This document shows, one piece after another, positions 1-9,292 of a stretch of DNA of 64,000 nt; positions within the stretch are counted from its first letter, which is position 1, and each line of letters opens with the position of its first letter. Source of the stretch: Candidatus Latescibacterota bacterium. Lineage in GTDB: Bacteria > Latescibacterota > UBA2968. Made by a program: the position numbers and the translations under genes. The stretch lies in assembly GCA_965222605.1 (NCBI GenBank), contig OZ244960.1, positions 2,720,001 through 2,784,000 on the forward strand. Reading direction: 5' to 3'. The notes below the pieces were generated by a model. That model worked only from the letters and a program-made list of their open reading frames with translations, was not told where the DNA came from and made no database searches.

Positions 1-216
1 GCAAGTCGCTCCCTCGACATCAACAAAAAGAAATATCCATCCCTTAGTCTCAAGCCGTCGCCCGAGTTCCCGTGCAATACTGGTCTTCCCCATGCGCCGT
101 TGACCAGTCAACAATATGTGGTTGCGGTCGCGGACGCGTGTCTCCAGTATCCGCAACTCACGCTCACGATTAAAAAAATTGTCGCCGCTTACCCAGCGGC
201 CGGTCGATGAATTCAT
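1..216 (-). CDS. AAA/P-loop ATPase (archaeal-ATPase-like), N-terminal part; runs off window start
   Basis: Manual translation: MNSSTGRWVSGDNFFNRERELRILETRVRDRNHILLTGQRRMGKTSIARE; Walker A GQRRMGKT; GAGGAG RBS upstream. Confidence 0.85.
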   Translation of the reverse strand, partial: MNSSTGRWVSGDNFFNRERELRILETRVRDRNHILLTGQRRMGKTSIARELGRRLETKGWIFLFVDVEGATC

Positions 217-241
217 TGCTCCTCGCTTTCTTTTTTCAATT

Positions 242-313
242 CGACAGAATTGTCGTCAACAGAATTGTCGAAAAATATATCAAACAACAAAATTGTTGTC
301 AACAGAATTGTCG
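242..313. promoter_or_regulatory. Four palindromic boxes CRACA-N4-TGTYG in two tandem pairs (putative operator)
   Basis: Boxes at 242-255, 257-270, 285-298 and 300-313, between the divergent ATPase and higA. Confidence 0.55.
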
Positions 314-498
314 AAAACCCAAAAAGCAATATAAATCGTTCTTTGTCATTGGTATATGACACGCAATACCGCGTATTGCCACTGCGTGAGCACTATGCAA
401 AATCGGTCTTGATAAATTCGATTCTCAATATATCTTCATTGTATCTACTACCTAGAAGAGGAAAGATGTCGATCAGCTATAATCAATTGGAGACAATC

Positions 499-789
499 AT
501 GCTACCAGAAAACCGTATTCCGACGCATCCTGGGAAAATCCTTTTGGAAGAATTTCTGAAACCCTCAGGAATAACCCAGGTGGCGTTTGCCAAACACATT
601 GAAGTGCCACTTCAAAGAGTTAACGAGATCATCCGTGGCAAGCGGGGCGTAACACCTGAAACAGCCTGGTTATTTTCTCAAGCACTGGGTACAACACCTG
701 AATTATGGATGAATCTTCAACGGAATTACGATCTGGCTAAGACCCGACGACAAAAAAAGATCTCAAAACTTCAACTTGATCCGTTTTAA
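499..789 (+). CDS. higA: HigA-family antitoxin (HTH/Xre), orphan
   Basis: MLPENRIPTHPGKILLEEFLKP...RGVTPETAWLFSQALGTTPELWMNLQ signature. Confidence 0.9.
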   Translation: MLPENRIPTHPGKILLEEFLKPSGITQVAFAKHIEVPLQRVNEIIRGKRGVTPETAWLFSQALGTTPELWMNLQRNYDLAKTRRQKKISKLQLDPF

Positions 790-840
790 GGACTCGTATC
801 GCATTCTCACCAAACAGAATAGAAATAGAAAACCACACAA

Positions 841-884
841 AAAGCCCAACGGCCTCCTCTAAACCGTTGGGCTTTTCTTATTTT
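841..884 (+). terminator. Rho-independent terminator
   Basis: AAAGCCCAACGG...CCGTTGGGCTTT hairpin followed by a T-rich tract. Confidence 0.75.
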
Positions 885-980
885 GGCCTCAATGAAACAG
901 GTCAAATACGCTTGCCTATCGCCCCTGAAAATATATTTTGGGCGCGAGTCTCTTTTCAACAACGCACAGAAAGGTGCAGA

Positions 981-2519
981 ATGAAGCGTTTGTGTATCCT
1001 GCTTGTGGTCGTTGCAAGCTGTCTATGGACCTGGCTACCTCTGGCGCACGCATCACAATCCAGACCTCTCCCCGACTTTGACGGAAACGGCGTTGTGGAT
1101 CTTCCAGACTTTTTGCTATTTGTCGAACACTTCGGGACAAGTCGTGGTGATGAGACGTATGAAGACCGATTTGATCTGGATAGCGATGGCGCGATTGAAT
1201 TTTCTGATTTTCTGATCTTTGCCAGCAACTTTGGCAAAACAGTGCCCCAGACGGTGGACGCGATAATAAATTTGCCGCTACGCGCCATTCATGCTGCGGG
1301 GAATTGGGGAGATACTGGCTATGTTGTAGATAAATGGGAAGCCGCGGGGAGGGTCGGAGCACTCATACCTCTGGACTATATCGAATGGCTAAAGAGCCTG
1401 CATGTCAACTGGATCGGCCTTTCCATTGCGCTGCATTACAACGACAGCATGGATAGCACGGTCGAGCGCGTGTACTCATCAGATGTAGATATTCGCACTT
1501 TTTCAGATAAAGCACTCAGACAATTGATCCGGGAATTTAGAAATCACGGGATTGACGTATATCTGACCCTGGCATTCGAAGCCTATAAGGCTGAAACCGC
1601 CGCACGCCCGGTACGAAGGTGGCAACTCGGAGACCCGGCACCTGGCGGCGTTCCTCCTGATGATCCGAATGTCTTCGGATTGATATTGCCCCAATTCTGG
1701 CCCTGGCGTCCAGATCATCCGAATCACCGGCGTTTTGTCGCCGAGTTCTGGGCGACCTATACGCAACAGGCGGTACATTTTGCCAGAATTGCCGAGGACG
1801 AGGGGGTGCGTTTATACTCGTTGGGCACGGAGACTGACCGGCTCTTTCGCACGCGTTCAGGACGTTATATGACGAATGATTTTGGTCGAGAACTCAGATT
1901 AATGGTGGAAAGTGTGCGCGCCGTGTACAGTGGCCTGCTAACCTATGACATGCACTACGACGTACTCGTAGCATCCCACTTTTACGGACCGGGATCGGGA
2001 GCAGGTCATCTATGGGCAGATCTGGATCTCGACATCGTTGGAATCAGTGCGTGGTTTCCACTGACGGACTCGCGTCCATCAACGGTACTGAGCGTCGAAA
2101 GTTTCCAGGCGCGTTACAGGCAGATATTCCAAAACCAGCTTATTCCGCTTGCGAACACAAATCCCGACCGGCCCATTGTGTTTACCGAATACGGTGCTAT
2201 GGATGTGGTTGAAACATCCGAAAGACCAGGTGATACATCAGCGCAAAACCGGCGATTCGTATTTACCGACTCGAACCGCAATGGGCTGGATGACGGGCGA
2301 GAAACTCAGGCCAACATCTACGAGGCACTCATCAACACCATAGCTCAGTACCCCGGGATAGTAACTGGTGTCTTCTTTTGGGATAATTGGATAACCAGCG
2401 ACGAACTGTGGGCGGGATACTGGGCACGTCGCCGCAATTATGCCATCCGTCGCAAGCGGTCCGAGGAAATCGTGCGATCAGCTTATGCGTCCTATGCGGA
2501 ATCATCTCAGAGCGACTAA
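981..2519 (+). CDS. Secreted GH113-like/TIM-barrel glycoside hydrolase with N-terminal dockerin-like double EF-hand
   Basis: Signal peptide; PDFDGNGVVDLPDFLLF and DLDSDGAIEFSDFLIF; GTE and FTEYG catalytic-type motifs. Confidence 0.75.
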   Translation: MKRLCILLVVVASCLWTWLPLAHASQSRPLPDFDGNGVVDLPDFLLFVEHFGTSRGDETYEDRFDLDSDGAIEFSDFLIFASNFGKTVPQTVDAIINLPLRAIHAAGNWGDTGYVVDKWEAAGRVGALIPLDYIEWLKSLHVNWIGLSIALHYNDSMDSTVERVYSSDVDIRTFSDKALRQLIREFRNHGIDVYLTLAFEAYKAETAARPVRRWQLGDPAPGGVPPDDPNVFGLILPQFWPWRPDHPNHRRFVAEFWATYTQQAVHFARIAEDEGVRLYSLGTETDRLFRTRSGRYMTNDFGRELRLMVESVRAVYSGLLTYDMHYDVLVASHFYGPGSGAGHLWADLDLDIVGISAWFPLTDSRPSTVLSVESFQARYRQIFQNQLIPLANTNPDRPIVFTEYGAMDVVETSERPGDTSAQNRRFVFTDSNRNGLDDGRETQANIYEALINTIAQYPGIVTGVFFWDNWITSDELWAGYWARRRNYAIRRKRSEEIVRSAYASYAESSQSD

Positions 2520-2551
2520 AGATCTTAACAACGCAGAAGCCAAATCACCGC

Positions 2552-2586
2552 TTGACATTTTATTTTTAATTGCACACATTATGTGT
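2552..2586 (+). promoter_or_regulatory. Promoter -35 TTGACA with operator palindrome of the TA operon
   Basis: TTGACA at 2552-2557; ACACAT-T-ATGTGT inverted repeat at 2574-2586. Confidence 0.55.
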
Positions 2587-2604
2587 ACACTTTAAGGAGG
2601 AATT

Positions 2605-2850
2605 ATGAAAGCATCTATTCTCGACTTAAGACGACGCATGAAAGATGTCTTGCTCGCGCTTGACCGCAACGAATCCGTCACCATTTTTTATCGAGGCAAG
2701 GAAAAAGCCATCCTGTCTCCCACCCGACAGCGAACAGACAAATCTGTAAAAGACCATGAAGCTTTTGGGATGTGGCGGGACAGAAAAGATATGGCAGACG
2801 TCGATGCTTACGTCCGCAATTTGAGAAAAGGCCGCTTGAATGATTTTTGA
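2605..2850 (+). CDS. Antitoxin (Phd/VapB-like)
   Basis: 81 aa, strong RBS, overlaps PIN gene; C-terminal FGMWRDR motif. Confidence 0.8.
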   Translation: MKASILDLRRRMKDVLLALDRNESVTIFYRGKEKAILSPTRQRTDKSVKDHEAFGMWRDRKDMADVDAYVRNLRKGRLNDF

Positions 2851-3217
2851 TACCGATGTCATAATATGGGTTTTCAGAGGCCATGAAGGGGCTGCAAAAC
2901 TCGTTGAAAGTACCGATGATCGTCAGATATCAATTGTTACGTATATGGAATTTATCCAGGGTGCGAGAAATCGGCAGGAGTTAAAAACGATCAAGAATTT
3001 TCTCACTGAGCACGCCTTTCAGACCTTACCTCTCACTGAAAATATCGGACACAGAGCATCTGTATATATGGAAGAATATACCCTTGAGACAGCACTGTAT
3101 ATGGCAGATGCCTTGATTGCAGCAACAGCTATTGAAAATCATTTAACACTTTGTACAGCGAATAGAAAACACTACCGCCAAATCAACGAACTCAATCTAA
3201 AAATCTTTCGGCCCTGA
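2840..3217 (+). CDS. vapC: VapC PIN-domain toxin
   Basis: IFDTDVII, E, DALIAATA, TANRKHY PIN motifs. Confidence 0.9.
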   Translation: MIFDTDVIIWVFRGHEGAAKLVESTDDRQISIVTYMEFIQGARNRQELKTIKNFLTEHAFQTLPLTENIGHRASVYMEEYTLETALYMADALIAATAIENHLTLCTANRKHYRQINELNLKIFRP

Positions 3218-3246
3218 CCCTGGTACTGGCGAGCCGTTTGGCGGTG

Positions 3247-3292
3247 TGGAGTTCCCCCGTTTTGGTGGAGTATTTAGGGCTTGGGTTCAAGC
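3247..3292. mobile_element. Possible solo IS3-like terminal remnant
   Basis: TGGAGTTCCCCCGTTTTGGTGGAG resembles IS3-family ends; no transposase present. Confidence 0.3.
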
Positions 3293-3308
3293 CTGTGATT
3301 GATGCAGT

Positions 3309-3517
3309 TTGCCTTTTCATCACTGGATAGAACCCTCCCGTGCGGGCTTCTGTAAATCCTAATCCGCCTTTAATCCGCGTTCATCCGCTCCATCCGCGTT
3401 CAACATCACTCTAAACGTCGTTCCCACGCCCTGCTCGCTCTCCACAGTAATCTCCCCATCGTGATTGCGAACAATGGCGTAAATAATCGACAACCCCAAA
3501 CCCGTGCCACGGTCAGC
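3309..3517 (-). pseudogene. Duplicated 3' end (HATPase_c tail plus downstream DNA) of the sensor kinase
   Basis: Degenerate direct repeat of 3891-4109; encodes DRGTGLGLSIIYAIVRNHDGEITVESEQGVGTTF. Confidence 0.85.
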
Positions 3518-3634
3518 CTGCAAACCCATCTTTCCAAAAAACTACTTGCACAGATAGAAAAACGCCATACATTGAAGTTTGTTGAGTTGCTTTTTGAAAG
3601 TAAACTCCCATTACACACAACGGAAGAAAAGCCC

Positions 3635-3853
3635 ATGCAGATTCCGACACCACAAGACAAGTTCGCAGAATTTGACGCCCGTTTGTCCCGGATCGAGGGC
3701 ATTGTTGAGCAAATTGACAAGCGTTTGTCCAGTCTTGAAACGCGCATGGCAAATCTTGAGACTGGTCAGCGTTGGATTGTGGGGTTGCTCTTTACACTTC
3801 TCATTGCCAACGTCGGCGCGGCCATCACAATCGTTTTGACGCTTTCCAAATAA
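3635..3853 (+). CDS. Small coiled-coil protein with C-terminal TM helix (DUF1640/XhlA-like)
   Basis: RLSRIEG..DKRLSSLETR..QRWIVGLLFTLLI. Confidence 0.7.
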   Translation: MQIPTPQDKFAEFDARLSRIEGIVEQIDKRLSSLETRMANLETGQRWIVGLLFTLLIANVGAAITIVLTLSK

Positions 3854-3962
3854 TGGGAGATACCACTGCTTCTGTGTTCTCTGTGGTTCCTTGCCTTTTC
3901 ATCACTGGATAGAACCCCTCCAATGCAGACTCTATAAATCCTGATCCGCCTTTAATCTGCGT

Positions 3963-6900
3963 TCATCTGTGGTTGCTTTCGTCCACCACCGGCAACATCA
4001 CCTTAAACGTCGTTCCCACGCCCTGCTCGCTCTCCACGGCGATCTGTCCATCGTGATTGCGAACAATGGCATAAATAATCGACAAACCCAGACCCGTGCC
4101 CCGGTCGGCGTCCTTTGTCGTAAAAAAAGGCTCAAAAAGACGTTGTCGGATCGTTTCATCCATCCCAACCCCATTATCCTCCACCTCAATAACAACCGCA
4201 TCGTTCTCAGCGCGCGTTCTGATCTGGATCCGCTTGTCATAACCCGCCCCTTCCATCTCAGCGCGCTCATCCACTGTATCCCGGGCATTTGACAGCAAAT
4301 TGAGAACCACCTGCTCGAGCGGATGCGGATGCCCCCAGACCTTTGGGAGCGCGTCAGAAAGATCCACCGCGAGATCGATCCCGTGATACTCGAGCTGCGT
4401 ACCCATCAACTTCAGACTGCTCTCAATCACCTCATTCACATCCATCGCCTGGCGCGGCTCCTCGGACACATCGCGCGAAAACACGCGCAAGTGATCAACA
4501 GTACCCGCCATCCTATCGACCACACCCCGAACATCCTCCATCATCTCCCTCAACTCGTCTGTCTCAAGCGGCATACCCTCCATCAAACGCAGGCAAATAT
4601 CCCCAGCCGTTGTCTCGACAACTGTCAGCGGCTGGTTGAGTTCGTGCGCCACGCCCGCAGTCATCTGCCCCAGCGACACCAGACGCGCGGACTGCAAAAG
4701 CTGCGTCTCGTTAGCAGATGCAAGATCTTCATTTGCTTGCCGCAATCTCCGATCCCTCACAATAATCCGTGTGACCAGGTAGCCCGTGATGATCACAAAA
4801 CCCAGGATCAGCCCAATAAACCACGGGCGGCGCCACACCTGCGGAACAACGCTAAACGACTTCACAGCCGGTGTGGGATCTTCGTTAAACGCCAGATCGC
4901 GCGCCTTAACCTCAAACAGATGCGTCCCTACATCCAGATCCTCAAAAGATCGGATCATATTCCCGCCATACGGCGACCACTCCCCACCGTCCAAACGATG
5001 AGCGTATTGCAGATCTTCGCGCAATGTACTTCGCCAAAGGTCTTTCCCTGTCCAGGCGAAAGTTATCTTTCCGCCCTCAGAGACTTCATCCGGAGCAATG
5101 GTCATCAGGGCCTCAGGTGGATCGGTCTCTGGCACATATCGGATAGTACGCAGGGTATAAGGAGTTGCTACACGCTCAGGTTCTGATCGTCTGATCCAGG
5201 CACCTGTATCAGATACAAAATTGAGCCAGAATTTTCCATCTCCAGACTGAAGAATCGGATCATAAAACTCCGTGCGCGGGAGCTTACGAGGTAAGGCTTG
5301 CGGGAACCAGGTGCGCCCATCAAACCGGCTGACACCCTCTGCTGTCCCCACCCAGATCGCGCCATCCCGATCCTGGAAAATGCTGTGAACCTTATTACCC
5401 GCCAACCCGTCTCCATAATCGAACCGCTGCCAGGTCATCCCATCATACCGGGATATCCCATAAGCTCGGGACCCCAGATAGAGGTCTCCCTGTGGCGCGG
5501 TATAAACAACATCGACAAAGTCTTTGGTCAGTTCCCCCGGTCCAGTAAATTGCACCTCTCGCATCCCGTCAAAACCGAACAGTTGCCCGCCAAACCACAA
5601 GATCCCATCAGAACTCTGCCCGATCCCATAAGCATAACTCGTCATCCCCGGAGGAATGTGATGCGTCCAGCTTATCCCATCAAATACCACAACCCCGCCG
5701 AGAAAGCCATATAACCACCAATCCACCGCCGCGGCAAACCACAAAGTGCCATCGAACGCTTCGTAAACCGCACGCGGATCAATACTCCATGAAAGCTGGG
5801 GATGGCGTTCCATGACCCATTTAGAACCATCCAACCGCGCTGTAGCGGCGACATGCTCATGACTCCCCACAGCCCAAAGCGCGCCATTGCGAGTCACAAA
5901 AAGCTTACTCGGCATATCCATCAAGCCATCCGCCACGCCAAACCGCGTCCACCCCTGCCCATCATAACGCACAACACCGTTATCCTGTGCAATAAACCAC
6001 TGTACTCCATCCGGTGTATCACACTGAAAAATGAGACCCTCATAAGTCTGATAGTATCTCTCGGCCAGATCCAAACGCACGGCCTCCTCTCCCCTTCCCA
6101 TAATCCATAGCGCGCCATCCGCCGCCTCGTGAAGTTCCATGCGGTTCGAAGGCAAAGGTACAGTATCCTTCGGATCATAGATGCGCCACACACCGTCCCT
6201 ATGGACAATCAGACGACTACCGCCGATCCAGAGCGTCCCATCGCGGCTTTCTATGATCGAGGTATAATAGTGGACACGCCTGACATCACCAATTTCAAAA
6301 GCTTCCCACTTCTCGCCGTCAAACCGGTTGATGCTCTTGCTATTATCGCCATACACAACCCAAACAGCGCCGTCCCTTGTCACACAGATACTCGGATACA
6401 CGCCCTGATCTATCTCCCCATCAAAACGCTGATAAACATCTTCTGATGCGAATCGAATCAGATCGCCGTGGAGATCTCCAAACCAGATCGCTCCGTCGGG
6501 TGCTTCACACACATCATACACCATAAAACGCTGATCGGGCCTCCCGGGCAAAACGCGACCTGGAACCACAACAAAAGTCACAGCATAGGATACCATCTCC
6601 CGAATACCTGTTGTATCTTCCGCAGCCACATACAGCCTCGCCCCATCCGGCGTCAACCTGAGCGCACCCCATTCCGTACCCGCCCACAGACTCCCATCCT
6701 GTGCCTCCATCAAATCCCAGGTATTCCATTTATCCCCTTGTGAGGAAAATACCCGTTCCCATATCCCATTCTCGAATCGACTAATACCCCGCTCCGACCC
6801 CACATAAACACTTCCATCCCGAGCGACATAAAGCGTATTGATCCGCGTCCCAACCATCCCCTCATCAAACGGAAAGAGATGCCAACTCATCCCGTCATAG

Positions 6901-7115
6901 CGATAAATACCCTTATCCGTCCCAAATAAGAAATTACCATCCCCATCCTGCGCCAAACACGACAACCCCTGCCCCTTCAATTCCGGAAAAGATCGCCAGC
7001 GCCAGGACTCATGCACGGGATCCGGATGACGAGGTGTAAAAGGCGTCGCCGCAAAACACGCACTCGCGCCCATAAGTATCAGGAGAATCAGACATTTTGT
7101 ATATTGTTCGGTCAT
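3963..7115 (-). CDS. Sensor histidine kinase (periplasmic beta-propellers, Y_Y_Y-like, TM, HisKA, HATPase_c)
   Basis: Repeated DGxxWxGT blades; AHELNQPL H-box; NLLSNA, DNGVGM, FEPFFTTK, GTGLGL boxes. Confidence 0.92.
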   Translation of the reverse strand: MTEQYTKCLILLILMGASACFAATPFTPRHPDPVHESWRWRSFPELKGQGLSCLAQDGDGNFLFGTDKGIYRYDGMSWHLFPFDEGMVGTRINTLYVARDGSVYVGSERGISRFENGIWERVFSSQGDKWNTWDLMEAQDGSLWAGTEWGALRLTPDGARLYVAAEDTTGIREMVSYAVTFVVVPGRVLPGRPDQRFMVYDVCEAPDGAIWFGDLHGDLIRFASEDVYQRFDGEIDQGVYPSICVTRDGAVWVVYGDNSKSINRFDGEKWEAFEIGDVRRVHYYTSIIESRDGTLWIGGSRLIVHRDGVWRIYDPKDTVPLPSNRMELHEAADGALWIMGRGEEAVRLDLAERYYQTYEGLIFQCDTPDGVQWFIAQDNGVVRYDGQGWTRFGVADGLMDMPSKLFVTRNGALWAVGSHEHVAATARLDGSKWVMERHPQLSWSIDPRAVYEAFDGTLWFAAAVDWWLYGFLGGVVVFDGISWTHHIPPGMTSYAYGIGQSSDGILWFGGQLFGFDGMREVQFTGPGELTKDFVDVVYTAPQGDLYLGSRAYGISRYDGMTWQRFDYGDGLAGNKVHSIFQDRDGAIWVGTAEGVSRFDGRTWFPQALPRKLPRTEFYDPILQSGDGKFWLNFVSDTGAWIRRSEPERVATPYTLRTIRYVPETDPPEALMTIAPDEVSEGGKITFAWTGKDLWRSTLREDLQYAHRLDGGEWSPYGGNMIRSFEDLDVGTHLFEVKARDLAFNEDPTPAVKSFSVVPQVWRRPWFIGLILGFVIITGYLVTRIIVRDRRLRQANEDLASANETQLLQSARLVSLGQMTAGVAHELNQPLTVVETTAGDICLRLMEGMPLETDELREMMEDVRGVVDRMAGTVDHLRVFSRDVSEEPRQAMDVNEVIESSLKLMGTQLEYHGIDLAVDLSDALPKVWGHPHPLEQVVLNLLSNARDTVDERAEMEGAGYDKRIQIRTRAENDAVVIEVEDNGVGMDETIRQRLFEPFFTTKDADRGTGLGLSIIYAIVRNHDGQIAVESEQGVGTTFKVMLPVVDESNHR

Positions 7116-7130
7116 TCTCAATCCATTCAT

Positions 7131-7170
7131 AAAAAAAGGCGGCACTGGCGATAAATATAACCAGCGCCGC
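7131..7170 (-). terminator. Terminator, duplicated at 12121-12159
   Basis: GCGGCGCTGG..CCAGTGCCGC followed by a poly-T run on the minus strand. Confidence 0.65.
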
Positions 7171-7339
7171 ACCATGGGGTCAGCGACTCAGACGATCTTT
7201 ATATAGTTCCGCACCGTCGCCGACAGCATGCTGGATCACTTCTCCGAAATTCCACTTCACCTCTTCGCATGATTTCAAGAACAGAGAACCTATTGCGAAA
7301 AAGCAAGGACTGGTTGGTTACCGCCAGCGGCGGAACCTC

Positions 7340-7855
7340 TTCTAGAAGCTGCAGGTCGTAGGGACGCCACATTCATGTCGGAAGGACGTTGGTGCACTCG
7401 GAATCAGGTTATTCTGCGGCAGTGGTGGTGGCGGTTGTGGTGGTGACGTACCTTCGCCACCTCCACCTGGAAATATTGGTCCTGCTGCCGGTATCACCGG
7501 AATGCCTAAAACCGGTTACAGAAGGCTTGCCCTCCTCGTCTGGCACTGCATCCCAGCGCACCGTTAATTTGCTATCACCGTTTTCCACGACCACATTCGA
7601 AGGCACTGTCGCAGTCGGTTCGTCACTGTCGCGGTTCACTGCCTTGCCGAAGCTATCCACAAAGATCAGAAAATCGGGAATATCGACAATCCCATTGCCG
7701 TCAAAATCCGGTGAAGGCGGGCTACTATCCTGGGAAAAAAGAGACCGCGGGAATAGCGAGATCAGGAGGCTCAGTAAAATGAAGATACCGAGCGTGAGGA
7801 GGAAAGTTTTAACACGGGAAGGGATCATATAGGCGACAAATAGCGAAAATACCAT
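7340..7855 (-). pseudogene. Internally deleted paralogue of the dockerin-cadherin-FN3 adhesin at 12243-17030
   Basis: SLFSQDSSPPSPDFDGNG and VPSNVVVENGDSKLTVRWDAVPDEEGKPSVTG nearly identical to the 17030 gene; domains deleted, then a frameshift. Confidence 0.85.
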
Positions 7856-8120
7856 GTAAGGAATTATTTTTTATTAAACTGACAACCGTTTGTATTTTGA
7901 AACAAAATATATATGGCAATTTCTGCCAGGTCAATCTCTTTTGCGATCACCTTTTTTCGTCCATGACCCTGCATTGGCTTATTGTGCGAGTCAAATATGA
8001 CGTGCTGAGTTGCACAGTGATGTTCTTTGCGTCTTGCATTGAATTGCATTTCAACATAACTTTGGGTATATTCCAAATCGTTGATGTGTGCTTTGGATTA
8101 CATGGTGAGGAACGAATGCG

Positions 8121-8366
8121 ATGACCGATACATATACAGCAACTGGAACACTGGTTGATGGCCGCACAGTAACACTGAATAGAGAAATTCCAATACCAAA
8201 AGGCAAGGTGCGCGTTGTCGTCAAATCTTTGGAAGAAATCTCAAAACGTCCTGTGCTCGATGTGCTTTCAGATATTCATAAAAAACAAAATGCCCGTGGT
8301 CACACACCTCCAGTGCGCGAGCAAGTAGATATATATTTGCAAGCTGAACGCGATAGTTGGAATTGA
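8121..8366 (+). CDS. Putative antitoxin
   Basis: 81 aa, directly upstream of PIN gene; ends ERDSW. Confidence 0.75.
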   Translation: MTDTYTATGTLVDGRTVTLNREIPIPKGKVRVVVKSLEEISKRPVLDVLSDIHKKQNARGHTPPVREQVDIYLQAERDSWN

Positions 8367-8372
8367 TTGATC

Positions 8373-8768
8373 ATGCGACTGTATTTGGATACAGCCCCGG
8401 TCATTTATGTTGTTGAGCAGGTACCAGATTTTTCAGAAAAAATTTTGCACTATATCCAAAAACCCGATATCGAGCTTGTTGTGAGTGATTTAACGTGGAT
8501 GGAGTGCCGCGTTAAACCATTGACAGAGAATAAAGAACCCCTTTTGGCTGATTATGATAAATTTTTTAGCCAATCCATTATTGAAATTGTCGAATTGTCC
8601 CGAAGAGTCCTGGAACGCGCCGCACATATCCGTTCACAATATAACATCAAGACGCCTGATGCCATTCATCTGGGGGCGGCTATTATCTCGAAATGCGATA
8701 TATTTTTAACGAATGATCGCAGGTTAGAGCGTTTTAAGGATATTCACATCACGGTGAAAAGGATTTGA
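8373..8768 (+). CDS. vapC: VapC PIN-domain toxin
   Basis: LYLDTAPVIY, E, KTPDAIHLGAA, FLTND. Confidence 0.9.
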   Translation: MRLYLDTAPVIYVVEQVPDFSEKILHYIQKPDIELVVSDLTWMECRVKPLTENKEPLLADYDKFFSQSIIEIVELSRRVLERAAHIRSQYNIKTPDAIHLGAAIISKCDIFLTNDRRLERFKDIHITVKRI

Positions 8769-8769
8769 T

Positions 8770-9139
8770 GGAAATACCCGTTCCCATATCCCGTTCTCGA
8801 AACGACTAATACCCCGGTCAGACCCCACATAAACACTTCCATCCCGAGCGACATAAAGCGTGTTGATCTGCGCCCCCACCATCCCTCATCAAACGGAAAG
8901 AGATGCCAGTTCATCCCGTCATAGCGATAAATACCCTTATCCGTACCAAATAAGAAAATACCATCCCCATCCTGCACCAAACACGACAACCCTTGCCCCT
9001 TCAATTCCGGAAAAGATCGCCAGCACCAGGACTCATGCACGGGATCCGGATGACGAGGCGTAAAAGGCGTTGCCGCAAAACACACACTCGAGCCCACAAG
9101 TATCAGGAGAATCAGACATTTTGTATATTGGTCAATCAT
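8770..9139 (-). pseudogene. Duplicated 5' end of the sensor kinase, frameshifted and truncated
   Basis: Near-identical to 6745-7115; 1-nt deletion after FDEG. Confidence 0.88.
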
Positions 9140-9155
9140 TTAATGAATTTAATTT

Positions 9156-9218
9156 GTATGACTTTCTACAGAACATTTCTGCGAGAGTTGCTGTGAATTT
9201 TAGCATATAGCGAGCGAT
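9156..9218. repeat. att-like direct repeat, copy 1
   Basis: Shares exact AGAGTTGCTGTGAATTTTAG (9184-9203) and flanking GTATGACTTTCT and ATAGCGAGCGAT with 18762-18810. Confidence 0.7.
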
Positions 9219-9292
9219 TTTGATATTGACGAGTGCTCAAACGTTTAGTATGATCTGGACAGAATATAACCCGACCGTGCGATGAGGAAATA

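Noticed and set aside
250-498. HigB toxin or N-terminal extension of HigA
   Set aside because: No RelE-like ORF; the region is an AT-rich regulatory stretch
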